A stretch of DNA of 64,000 nucleotides from Planctomycetota bacterium (GTDB lineage Bacteria; Planctomycetota; UBA8108; SXIK01), in assembly GCA_965223845.1 (NCBI GenBank), contig CBDCXR010000004.1:6848001-6912000 (forward strand), in the 5' to 3' direction. The translations under genes were made by a program, and so were the position numbers. Below, piece by piece: positions 39,115 to 48,564 of the stretch; position 1 is the stretch's first letter, and each line of letters opens with the position of its first letter. The notes under the pieces were generated by a model. That model was not told the DNA's origin. It was given only the letters and a program-made list of their open reading frames with translations, and made no database searches.

Positions 39115-40649
39115 TTCGACGTGCGGCGCTCGTCGTGCCGCTTCGCGAGCGCGACGGCGAGCGAGAGTGCTTCCTGGTTGCGCGCTCGCCCGAGCTGAAG
39201 TTCTTCGGCGGCTACGACTCGTTCCCGGGCGGCTGTGTCGAGGACGGCGACGGCGAGTTCGAAGCGCCGGCGAGGTCCGGCGTCGATCCGTCCGTCGACG
39301 AGAGCGATGGGTCGGATTCGGAACTGTCCGCAGTGCTCGGCTGTGCCGTTCGCGAACTCTTCGAGGAGACGGGCGTCTTACTCGCCGAAGGGGAACTCTC
39401 TCCGCGAGAGCGAGACGAGATGCGCTCGCGGCTGTCGTCGGGCGAAGCGGACGCGAGCGCGTTCGCGCGGTTTCTCGCCGAGCGTCGCCTCCGCGCGGAG
39501 AGCGATCGACTGCACCTGCTGACTCGACTCCTCACGCCGGCGTTCGTCCACGTGCGTTACGACGCGACGTTCTTTCTTCTCGAAATGACGGACTCTGACG
39601 CCGAGCCGGTGATTCATCCGGGGGAGCTGGTCGGCGGGAGCTGGATTCGTCCGGCGGACGCACTCGCCGAGTGGCGCCGCGGTGAGCGTCGGATCGCCCC
39701 GACGGCACTCGCCGTTCTCGAAGCGTTCGCGCAGTCCTCCGTCGACGACGCCCGCCGCGTCCTCGGCGAGATCCCGCGCGAGTACTCGGGCTCCGGCTTC
39801 GGGATCCAGTTCGCACCCGGCTACGCCCTCCTTCCACTCCACGCGCCGCCGCTACCCCCGTCGATTCCCACGAACGCGTTTCTCCTCGGGTGGGAGCGAA
39901 AGATCCTCGTCGATCCCGGATACAAGAACGAGCGCGAGGTGCGTCACCTGATCGATGCGACGCGGCGGGCGCTCGACGGCCGATCGCTCGATGCGATCGT
40001 TCTCACGCACCATCACATCGATCACGTCGCCGCTCTCGACGCCGTGGTCGAAGAGTTTCGGGCGCCGGTGTGGGCGCACTCGATCACGGGAGAGCTTCTC
40101 GAGCGCTCGCTCGACCGTGAGCTCGCGGAGGGAGACGAGATCGAGCTCGGCGCATCGGCCGACGGGCGGCCGGACTGGCGCCTCGAGGTCTGCTTCACGC
40201 CCGGGCACGCGCGCGGCCACATCACTCTTTACGACTCGCGCTTCCGGCGCCTCCTCGCCGGGGACCTCGTCTCGACGCTCGTCAGCATGTACGTCGGGGC
40301 TCCGGGGGGCGACCTTCACGACTACTTCGAATCGCTCGAGCGGATGCTCGAGCTCGACATCGCGACCCTGTTTCCGTCCCACGGGGCCCCGACCGATGAC
40401 GCCGAGCGCACTCTCCGCGGCGCGCTCGAACGGCGGCGAGCTCGAGTGGAGGAGACGGCGGCGTTTCTCACATCGTCGCCGCAGTCCGTCCAGGACCTCG
40501 CCCTGCTGGTCTACCCGAAGATCGATCGCGAGATGCGACCGCTCATCGAGCGTACGACGCGCGCCGTCCTCCTCTACCTCGCGCGCGAGGGGCGCGCGAT
40601 CGAGTCGGCCGAGGATCGGTTTACGGCGGCAACTCGAACGTCGCACTAG
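39111..40649 (+). CDS. NUDIX hydrolase / metallo-beta-lactamase-fold (LACTB2-like) fusion
   Basis: FPGG...AVRELFEETG Nudix box; LTHHHIDH, TPGHARGH, AGD, PSHG; C-terminal winged-helix-like segment. Confidence 0.9.
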   Translation: MIRRAALVVPLRERDGERECFLVARSPELKFFGGYDSFPGGCVEDGDGEFEAPARSGVDPSVDESDGSDSELSAVLGCAVRELFEETGVLLAEGELSPRERDEMRSRLSSGEADASAFARFLAERRLRAESDRLHLLTRLLTPAFVHVRYDATFFLLEMTDSDAEPVIHPGELVGGSWIRPADALAEWRRGERRIAPTALAVLEAFAQSSVDDARRVLGEIPREYSGSGFGIQFAPGYALLPLHAPPLPPSIPTNAFLLGWERKILVDPGYKNEREVRHLIDATRRALDGRSLDAIVLTHHHIDHVAALDAVVEEFRAPVWAHSITGELLERSLDRELAEGDEIELGASADGRPDWRLEVCFTPGHARGHITLYDSRFRRLLAGDLVSTLVSMYVGAPGGDLHDYFESLERMLELDIATLFPSHGAPTDDAERTLRGALERRRARVEETAAFLTSSPQSVQDLALLVYPKIDREMRPLIERTTRAVLLYLAREGRAIESAEDRFTAATRTSH

Positions 40650-40875
40650 TGAGGCTCGCCGAGGACCGAGCCTTCTCCGGATCTCCGCGCTCGGCATCGA
40701 AGCGAGCGGAGCTCGTGCTCGCCGTGACCGGCGGATCGAGCGCTGCGCTCATGTTCGCCGAGCGCTCCGCGTAGAGACGCGCCCAGTGGAGCGCGGAGAT
40801 CGCGAGAGCGCTGAGGACGAAGGTGAGCGCGATGGCCATGCTGGCAAATCGTGCTAGGCGTCGTAGCGATTTCAT
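40621..40875 (-). CDS. Possible small membrane/secreted protein (84 aa)
   Basis: MKSLRRLARFASMAIALTFVLSALAISALHW: basic N-region plus hydrophobic helix; overlaps the convergent gene by 29 nt. Confidence 0.35.
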   Translation of the reverse strand: MKSLRRLARFASMAIALTFVLSALAISALHWARLYAERSANMSAALDPPVTASTSSARFDAERGDPEKARSSASLTSATFELPP

Positions 40876-41119
40876 CTCGAGGCTCTTTCCGGCTGACGGA
40901 CCTCCGATTCCGAGGCCGCGGCGTCGCCGACCGAACGTGGGGCGAAGATCAGCCCGCCCTCGGCACCGGGACTCAACGAGACGAGTCGGGGAGCGCGTTG
41001 TTACAGAGAATCGCGCCCACCGGCGCGCCAGCGGGAATGGGCGTTGGCATTCGCAGTCCGCTCGGCTTCGATGAGTGAGCACGCGAAGACGATCGCTGCT
41101 GCGGAGGGAGCGCCTCGGC

Positions 41120-41128
41120 TGCTACAAT
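41120..41128 (+). promoter_or_regulatory. Extended -10 (TGcTACAAT) upstream of the CotH/LTD gene
   Basis: Same 9-mer as at 36953; about 220 nt before ATG 41347. Confidence 0.45.
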
Positions 41129-41346
41129 TTCGGGTGGGGATCGCTGACAGGGACCCTCCGGCTCCGACCACATTCACCCCGCTCGTTCGTCCCCGACGGG
41201 GGCGGTTTTCTGCGCGAGGGGTTCTCGCCCGATGGGGACGGATGCCGTGACCTCGACTGCGAACTGCGCAGCTCCGCGTTCTCCGCTCGCGATGACCTCC
41301 CTCGATCCCTCCAAGCTGCGACTCACCGTTGGATCGCGAAACATCG

Positions 41347-44300
41347 ATGTCGACCATTCCTGAAGGGGCACGGCTTTCTGCGCCGACTCCGAGGCGGCGC
41401 GTTCTCGCCGCTGCGCTCGTTCTTGCGTGGACCGCGACGAACACGATCGGCGCGAGCGAGTTCGACGTCGTCATCAGCGAGATCCACTACCATCCCTTCG
41501 GGCCGTCCGATCCGACCGGAGAGTTCATCGAGCTCTACAACAGCGGATTGAGCGCAGTCGCGATGGCCGGTTGGCGGTTCGTCTCCGGGGTGGACTTCGA
41601 GTTCCCCGAATCGGCTTCGCTCGCACCCGGCGAGTACGCGGTCGTCGCGGCTACGGTCGGTCGGGTCGATGTCGAAGCCGGCGTGCAGGTCTTCGGGCCC
41701 TACGCGGGTCGACTCGACAACGACGGCGAGACGCTCATCCTCGCCGACGCGGCCGGTCGCGAAATCTCGCGCGTTCACTATCGCGACGGTCCGCCGTGGT
41801 CGGTGGCCGCCGACGGCGCGGGTCCGAGCCTCGAGCGCGCGCTCGCGCCGCGCGAGATTCACGCCGGTAGCGACGCGGATCGCGCACAAGTATGGCGCGC
41901 GAGCCGCGAACTCGGCGGCACGCCGGGACGAGCGAACACGCGATCGAGTGCCGAGCTCCCCTTTCCACCGGATCGACCCGCGCTTCAAATCGTCGAAGTC
42001 GCCGTCGGTGCCGACGGCTTCGTCGAGCTCCTCCATCGATCGGGCTCAACGATCGACGTGAGCGGCTACTCCATCGTGAACGGCGCCGGTCAGCGCGCGA
42101 CGATCGCGGCGGGGACCGTCGCACCTCCCGGAGATCCGCTCGCATTCGACGCGGATCGTCTCGGCTTCGCGCCGGCGCTCGACACCGAGTACATTTTGTT
42201 CTCCGAGAGTGGCGAGTGGGTGGATACGTTCGCCGCCGCCGACGTTCCACCCGGGCGAAGCATCGGCCGCATCGCGCTTCCGGCCGGACTCGAGACCGGG
42301 CGTGACGAGATCCTCCCGCTTCTTCCTTCTCCGGGAGTCGAGAACCGGCTCGAGTTCAGTGGCGCTCCGGTCGTCGTTCACGAAGTCTTCTACGGTGCGG
42401 CGTACGAAGAGCCCGCCGGCGACTGCATCGACGAGTGCGAGGACCGACGGCAGTGGATCGAGCTTCACAATCCGGCCGCCGCTGCCGCTGTGCTCACGGG
42501 CTGGAGCCTCACGGGTGGGATCGACTTCGACTTCCCCGCCGACGCGTCGATCGCCGCGGGCGGGTACCTCGTCGTCTGCGCGTCGCTCGAGGACTTCGCG
42601 GCTGAGTATCCCGAGGTCGAGAACGTCGTCGGCGATTGGGACGGGCGCCTCGGTCACCGCAGCGATCGCATCGTCCTTCGTGACGCGCTCGGGATTCCCG
42701 CCGACACCGTCCGCTACGGGAGCGGCCGGCCGGGGAACGATCTCGATCCGGACGACGGAGTCGACGACGGAACCGTGCGCCTCAGCGCGTGGCCGCCCGA
42801 CATCGACGGCAGCGACCGTTCGATCGAGCTGGTGCACCCGCGGCTCGAGAACGCGAGCGGCGATGCGTGGCGAGCCGGCGAGGTCGGTGGAACGCCTGGT
42901 GCAGCGAACGGAACTGCGGAAGAAGCGCCGCTCGCGGTCGTTTTCGACGTGACGCACGTCCCTCCAGTTCCCGACGCGATGACGCCGGTGCGCGTTGAAT
43001 GCGCGGTCGATGGCGTGACCGCGATCGACTCGGTCGCGATCGAGTGGAAGATCGACGGCGCGGAGGGGGAAGCGAGCGTCGCCGCCGCCGAGCCGATCCC
43101 CGGAACGGTCGGCCCGGCCGAGGCACGGCGGTACACGGCCGAGATTCCGCCGCAGGCGAGCGGGAGCGTCGTCTCGATCCGAATCGTGGTTCGATCGGGC
43201 GATGTCGACGCGTCGTACCCCCTCGCGCCGCCCGCGGCGGAGTCGGCGCCGGCGTTTCTCTACGCGGTCGACGATGCTCCGCCGCTCGCGAACGGAGCGG
43301 CCGACTACCGCATCATCCTCACGGCGGCGGATCTCGAGCGACTCCGGTCGCGCGACGTACAGTCGAACGTCCTTCTCCACGGTACGTTCATCGGTGACGG
43401 CGCGGTCCATCACCTCGTCGGCGTTCGCTACCGCGGTGAGAACTCGCGCAACCGCCGGCGGAAGTCGTACCGCGTCGCCTTCCCGCCCGAGCGTCCGTTC
43501 CAGGGCATCGAGCGCCTCAACTTGAACGCGGGCCACCCGAGCGAAGACGTCCCGGACACTCAACTGCGCGAATACCTCTCGCTCGATCTCTTCCGGCGGG
43601 CAGGGTTGCCGGCGTCGCAAGCCTGGCCCGTCAACCTCTACTTCCCCGGCGGCGTCGAAAACGATCTCCCGGGTCGAGACGGCGTCAACCCGTTCTACGT
43701 TCGGAAAGAGGCTTTCGATCGCAATTTTCTCCGCCGGTACTACGAAGGGGCGACGGGCGGGAATCTCTACCGTGCGCGCGATCCCGCCGGACGAGGAAGC
43801 GGCGATCTCAGCTTCCGCAGTCTCGATCCCCTCGACTACGTGCCGTTCTACGAAAAGGAAACGCGGCGCGATGCCGCCGACTACTCCGACCTGGTCGAGC
43901 TCGCGCGGGTGTTCAGTCCCGGACAGACGCCGGACTCGATCTTCGAGGCGGAGCTGCATCGGGTGCTCGACGTCGAACAGTGGGCGAGATTCTTTGCGGT
44001 GCAGGCCTTTCTCACGAACGTCGACGGTGGCATCCATACGAACAACGGCGAAGACTACGCGCTCTATCACTTTGCCGAGTTCGACCGCCACGAGAACGCC
44101 GGTCGATGGGTGATTCTTCCCTGGGACCTCGAAGAGACGTTTCGATCGTCCGACGAGCGGCTCTTCCGGCCGACCGTCGCCGCGATCGAGCGATTCCTTT
44201 CCCATCCCGGTGTGGCCCCACTCTACCTCGGGGCGGTCGAGGACCTGCGCGAGCGCGCGGCGGCGAGTACGGAGTTTGCGAAGCGGAGCGAAGATTACTC

Positions 44301-46656
44301 GATCTACGCGGAGATCGGAGCCGGGGCCGAGACCCGCCGATTGCGCGACCGGACGCGCGACCGCGCGGAGTGGATCCGACAGCGGATCGTCCGGGAGCTC
44401 AGCTTGGGAATCACGGGGAGCGCACTCGTCGGCGATTCGAACTTCGTGCCCTCCGGCGCGCTCTGGCGCTACTTCCCCGGCACGGCGGAGCCGAGCGAGG
44501 TTCCGCTCGACTGGACGACACTCGAGTTCTCCGCCGAGAGCTGGCTCGAGGGCGCCGGTGGATTTGGGTACGGCGATGACGACGACCAGACCATCCTCGA
44601 TGACATGGAGAACTCGTACTCGAGTCTCTACATCCGGCGCGAGTTTACGCTGAGCGGACTCGAGAACTTTCGGCGGCTCGTGCTCACGATGGACTACGAC
44701 GACGCCTACGTCGCTTATCTGAACGGCGTCGAGATCGCTCGGAGTGCGAACCTCGACGGGTTCGGCGAACCGGGCGAGCCGCTCCCTTACGATCTGATCC
44801 TCGGGAACGACATCAACCACGAAGCATCGGCCGGATCGGGCGATCCGCCGGAGAGGGTCGTGTTCGACAACGTCACCGACATCGTCCGAGAAGGGGAGAA
44901 CGTTCTCGCGGTCCACGCGCTCAACTCGACCATCGATTCGAGCGACTTCACGATCATCGCTTCCCTCCGCGGTGTCGAGAACGTCGAAAACATCCGCATC
45001 GGGTGGAGCGATCCACTGGTTACGACGCACGAATCGGTCACGCTCTCGGGCCTGGCGGATCCGGTGAACGCACGGTCGGTGACGATCGGCGGAGCGCTGG
45101 CGCGCACGGAATCAGTGCCGCCGGCGGGTGACACGCCGTACGCGATCCGCTGGTCCGCCGAGGTCGAGCTCGCCGTCGGAACGAACGAGGTGGCGATCGA
45201 GATGTGGACCGGGCCGGTGGGGGACGGGGAGAGGCTCGAGCGCCGCGATGTTCGCATCACTCGCGTCGCGGACGTGCCGCGCCGCGTCGGGGGTGCGCTC
45301 ACCGGGGATGTCGCGTGGACGGCCGACGACGGGCCGTACCTCGTCGACGAAACGATCGTCGTCGAGGCGGGGGCGTCGCTCGCGATCGGACCCGGAACGG
45401 AGGTCTACTTCGGGCGCTCGGCGAGCGTCGTCGCGACGGGTCGCTTGGAGATCCGCGGAACGGCAGAAGAGCCCGTCGTCCTGCGACCGCAAGAGTTCGG
45501 GCGACGCTGGGAGGGAATCGCAGTCCGCGATTCCGGCATCGAGCCCGAGGCGATCACGCACACCATCGAGCATGTCGATTTGCGTCTAGCGAGCGGCGCG
45601 CTCGGAGCGAACGCGGCGGTCGAGGTTCGGAATGCGAAGCTCACCGTGTCGAGCTCGCGCTTCAGCGATCTCAGCCGACTCGCGATCGAGGGCATCGACT
45701 CAGTGATCGACATCGATGCCACGCGCTTCGAACGAACCGACGGCGCGATTTCTACGCTCGGGACGACGCTCCGCGTGCGCGACTCTCAGTTCGTCGACAC
45801 GCCCCATGCGTTCGCGGCGATCGCGATCGACGGTGACGGCCCCGAACCATCCGCGATCGAGAACTGCGACCTGCTCGCCGGTTGGGACGGCATCGTCGCT
45901 CGCGCCTCATCCGTTCGGATCGAGTCGAATCGTATCGCGGACTTTTGCTCCGAAGGGATTGCGCTCGAAAGCGTCGGTGCGCTCGGGTTGCCCGTGGTCC
46001 GCGGCAACGAGCTCATCCGCTGCGCCACTGCGATCGCGATCGATGCGATCGACGGACTCGCCGCGCACCACAACTCGATCGTGAGCTCGGCCTGCGCCCT
46101 GCGACTGATCGATTCGCGGGGGGAACAGGACCCCCCGGCGTACGTTTTCGTGCTGCACAGCTCGATTCTCTGGAGCGTCGAGCAGGCGATTTGCGTCGGA
46201 GGCCGCTGGGCCGTAGCGATCGATCACTCTCTCCTCGACGGGACGGATCTGTGGCCAGGACAGAACATCCTCCGCGAGGATCCGCGCTTCGTCGAATTCG
46301 GCGCTGACAACTTGGCGCTAGCCGGCGACTCTCCGTGCCGACGAGCAGGGCGCGACGGGAGCGATATGGGAGCGACGGGGGTCGGTGGTCCGCCCCCGCC
46401 GGTCACGTTTGTTCGCGGCGATGCCAACGCGGACAGTCGAGTGAACATCGCCGACGCCATCGCGATCCTCGAGCACCTCTTTCAGGACTTCGGACCGCTT
46501 GCGTGCCAGAAGACGGGCGATGCGAACGACGATGGCGGGGTGAACATCGCCGACGCGATCTCGCTGCTCAATTTTCTCTTCCTGAACGACGATCCGCCGC
46601 CGCCGCCGTTCCCGGAGCCGGGCGAGGATCCGACTCCGGACGAGCTCGATTGTTGA
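41347..46656 (+). CDS. Large surface protein: lamin-tail domains, CotH kinase, jelly-roll, right-handed beta-helix, dockerin-like C-terminus
   Basis: VVISEIHYHP..EFIELYN..GTPG (LTD repeats); VGVRYRGENSR...KSYRV...LNLN...PWDLEETF (CotH); WRYFPG..GYGD..DDAYVAYLNGVE; WTADDGPY beta-helix; FVRGDANADSRVNIADAI and GDANDDGGVNIADAI. Confidence 0.9.
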   Translation: MSTIPEGARLSAPTPRRRVLAAALVLAWTATNTIGASEFDVVISEIHYHPFGPSDPTGEFIELYNSGLSAVAMAGWRFVSGVDFEFPESASLAPGEYAVVAATVGRVDVEAGVQVFGPYAGRLDNDGETLILADAAGREISRVHYRDGPPWSVAADGAGPSLERALAPREIHAGSDADRAQVWRASRELGGTPGRANTRSSAELPFPPDRPALQIVEVAVGADGFVELLHRSGSTIDVSGYSIVNGAGQRATIAAGTVAPPGDPLAFDADRLGFAPALDTEYILFSESGEWVDTFAAADVPPGRSIGRIALPAGLETGRDEILPLLPSPGVENRLEFSGAPVVVHEVFYGAAYEEPAGDCIDECEDRRQWIELHNPAAAAAVLTGWSLTGGIDFDFPADASIAAGGYLVVCASLEDFAAEYPEVENVVGDWDGRLGHRSDRIVLRDALGIPADTVRYGSGRPGNDLDPDDGVDDGTVRLSAWPPDIDGSDRSIELVHPRLENASGDAWRAGEVGGTPGAANGTAEEAPLAVVFDVTHVPPVPDAMTPVRVECAVDGVTAIDSVAIEWKIDGAEGEASVAAAEPIPGTVGPAEARRYTAEIPPQASGSVVSIRIVVRSGDVDASYPLAPPAAESAPAFLYAVDDAPPLANGAADYRIILTAADLERLRSRDVQSNVLLHGTFIGDGAVHHLVGVRYRGENSRNRRRKSYRVAFPPERPFQGIERLNLNAGHPSEDVPDTQLREYLSLDLFRRAGLPASQAWPVNLYFPGGVENDLPGRDGVNPFYVRKEAFDRNFLRRYYEGATGGNLYRARDPAGRGSGDLSFRSLDPLDYVPFYEKETRRDAADYSDLVELARVFSPGQTPDSIFEAELHRVLDVEQWARFFAVQAFLTNVDGGIHTNNGEDYALYHFAEFDRHENAGRWVILPWDLEETFRSSDERLFRPTVAAIERFLSHPGVAPLYLGAVEDLRERAAASTEFAKRSEDYSIYAEIGAGAETRRLRDRTRDRAEWIRQRIVRELSLGITGSALVGDSNFVPSGALWRYFPGTAEPSEVPLDWTTLEFSAESWLEGAGGFGYGDDDDQTILDDMENSYSSLYIRREFTLSGLENFRRLVLTMDYDDAYVAYLNGVEIARSANLDGFGEPGEPLPYDLILGNDINHEASAGSGDPPERVVFDNVTDIVREGENVLAVHALNSTIDSSDFTIIASLRGVENVENIRIGWSDPLVTTHESVTLSGLADPVNARSVTIGGALARTESVPPAGDTPYAIRWSAEVELAVGTNEVAIEMWTGPVGDGERLERRDVRITRVADVPRRVGGALTGDVAWTADDGPYLVDETIVVEAGASLAIGPGTEVYFGRSASVVATGRLEIRGTAEEPVVLRPQEFGRRWEGIAVRDSGIEPEAITHTIEHVDLRLASGALGANAAVEVRNAKLTVSSSRFSDLSRLAIEGIDSVIDIDATRFERTDGAISTLGTTLRVRDSQFVDTPHAFAAIAIDGDGPEPSAIENCDLLAGWDGIVARASSVRIESNRIADFCSEGIALESVGALGLPVVRGNELIRCATAIAIDAIDGLAAHHNSIVSSACALRLIDSRGEQDPPAYVFVLHSSILWSVEQAICVGGRWAVAIDHSLLDGTDLWPGQNILREDPRFVEFGADNLALAGDSPCRRAGRDGSDMGATGVGGPPPPVTFVRGDANADSRVNIADAIAILEHLFQDFGPLACQKTGDANDDGGVNIADAISLLNFLFLNDDPPPPPFPEPGEDPTPDELDC

Positions 46657-46752
46657 ACCGCTCGCGCGGCCCAACCCGGCGCGAGGTTCAGGCGAAGCGG
46701 AAGAAACCGAGAGGCGGAATTCGTTCGCCTCGAGAACGCTAGAGAGAAGCCG

Positions 46753-46983
46753 ATGGCGATGCGAAAGAAGCGCGGGAAGCGCGATATCGAGAAGGACTAT
46801 CCGCGGCGTCAACTCATCGTAAAGCTCCGCCGATTGGCGCAGTGCCTCGAAGACGGGACACGGTTTCGGATTCAGGTGGCGGGCGAGCGAGTGTCGGTTC
46901 CTCCGAACGCCACGATCAATCTCGAGCACGAGCGGAGCTCGTCGGAGGAAGAGATCGAGTTTCAGCTTCGCTGGGAGCTCTGA
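46753..46983 (+). CDS. Amphi-Trp domain protein
   Basis: KLRRLA..L..G..FRIQVAGERVSVP...EHER....EEIEFQLRW. Confidence 0.85.
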   Translation: MAMRKKRGKRDIEKDYPRRQLIVKLRRLAQCLEDGTRFRIQVAGERVSVPPNATINLEHERSSSEEEIEFQLRWEL

Positions 46984-47180
46984 TCTTCCGGCCGAACGCC
47001 CGAACGGCTCGTGAACGTTCCGCTGCTCTCGACTCCAGCCGTTTGCCCGTCGGTCCGTGCTGAGTAAGCGTCCGTTGACTTCGCCGAGGTCGACGGCGAC
47101 CCTGAATGGGCGTGGCGGCTGCCGCGGTCGACGCCGAATGCGCGGGCGAGTCGCTTCCGAATCCCTTCGAAGGTGATTCC

Positions 47181-48557
47181 ATGAAGATCTCGAGGCGGAG
47201 ATTCCTCCGGGCCAACGGAGCCGTGCTCACGCTGCCGTTTCTGCCGTCGCTCGCACCTCGTCTCGACGGGGCGGGATTCGCTCGCTCGGGCGAGAACCGC
47301 CCGGACAAGAAGCTCGTCGTCATCTACATCCCGAACGGGATCGTTCGCCGCTGCTTCTTTCCCGGTGAAGAGAACGCCCAGCTTCCGGGATTCGTCGGCG
47401 GGTTCGACGCCGATAAGTTCAAGGACGAGAAGCGAGTCCGAAACGATCCGGGCGTTTATCCGCTCGAGCTCACATCGACGATGCGTCCGCTCGCGGATTA
47501 CACCGGCGATGTCACGCTCGTCACCGGCCTCGACCGGAGCTTCAAGCACGGCCAGGACGTGCACGCCCAAGGCGCGTCGTGCTACTTGACGAGTCTCTCG
47601 CCGGTTGAAGCCTCCGAGCGAGGAATCCGACATCCAAACGGCCGCAGCCTCGACCAGGTGATCGGCGATGCGATCGGCGGCTCGACGGTGTTCCGCACGC
47701 TCGAGATCAGCTGTAACGGCTTCAAGGCGGGGAAGGAGTCGATCTATTTCGACAACATCTCGTGGTACGGACCAGGGCGCATCGCACCGTCGATCAAGGA
47801 TCCGAAGAAGCTCTACCATCGCCTCTTCATGGCCGATGGCTACCGAAAGCACGTGAGCGACGTCACCGAGCTCATGCTCGAGGACGCGCGGTCTCTCGCC
47901 GGAAAGCTCGGCCGCGATGACCGCCGCAAGCTCGACGAGTTCATGAGCATGGTGCGCGAGATCGAGGTTCGGATCGCGAAGCTCGAGAAGAAGATCGCGG
48001 ACGCTGGAATCGAGCAGCCGACCGACGCGGTCTTGCCGCGCGGCGAGTACATCCGTCTGCAGGCCGACCTCATGCTCCTCGCCCTGCAGATGGGAATCAC
48101 GAACATCTGCACCTTCATGATCGGCCCAGAACGGTGGGACGCGACGCTCCTCTACGAAGGAGTGTTCCCGAAGCCGGTCCAGCACCACAACATGACCCAC
48201 AATCAGAAGGGCGATGGATACAAGGAACTCCAGAAGATCGACATCTTCCACATGGAGCAGTTTGCCTACATTCTCTCGCGGATGAAGGCGATCAAGGAAT
48301 CGGATGGCTCGAGCCTCCTCGACAACTCGCTCGTCACCTACGGTGCCGGTCTCGGTGACGGTGCAACGCATCAGTACTTCGATCTGCCGATGATCCTCGC
48401 CGGTCGCGGACAGGGACAGATCAAGCAGGGCCGCTTCGTGAAGTGCAGAAGCGGCACGCTCAATTCGAACCTGTGGCTTACGCTCGCGAAGCTCATGGGG
48501 CTCGAGATCGATCGATTCGCGGACAGCTCGGGCGTCCTCTCTGATCTTTGGACGTGA
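47181..48557 (+). CDS. DUF1552 family protein (Tat-exported)
   Basis: SRRRFLR..G..LTLPFLPSL, YIPNG, SLDQVI, KLDEF.SMVREIEVRI, HHNMTH, DGSSLLDNS, LPMILAG, SNLWLT. Confidence 0.92.
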   Translation: MKISRRRFLRANGAVLTLPFLPSLAPRLDGAGFARSGENRPDKKLVVIYIPNGIVRRCFFPGEENAQLPGFVGGFDADKFKDEKRVRNDPGVYPLELTSTMRPLADYTGDVTLVTGLDRSFKHGQDVHAQGASCYLTSLSPVEASERGIRHPNGRSLDQVIGDAIGGSTVFRTLEISCNGFKAGKESIYFDNISWYGPGRIAPSIKDPKKLYHRLFMADGYRKHVSDVTELMLEDARSLAGKLGRDDRRKLDEFMSMVREIEVRIAKLEKKIADAGIEQPTDAVLPRGEYIRLQADLMLLALQMGITNICTFMIGPERWDATLLYEGVFPKPVQHHNMTHNQKGDGYKELQKIDIFHMEQFAYILSRMKAIKESDGSSLLDNSLVTYGAGLGDGATHQYFDLPMILAGRGQGQIKQGRFVKCRSGTLNSNLWLTLAKLMGLEIDRFADSSGVLSDLWT

Positions 48558-48564
48558 GGAGCGG

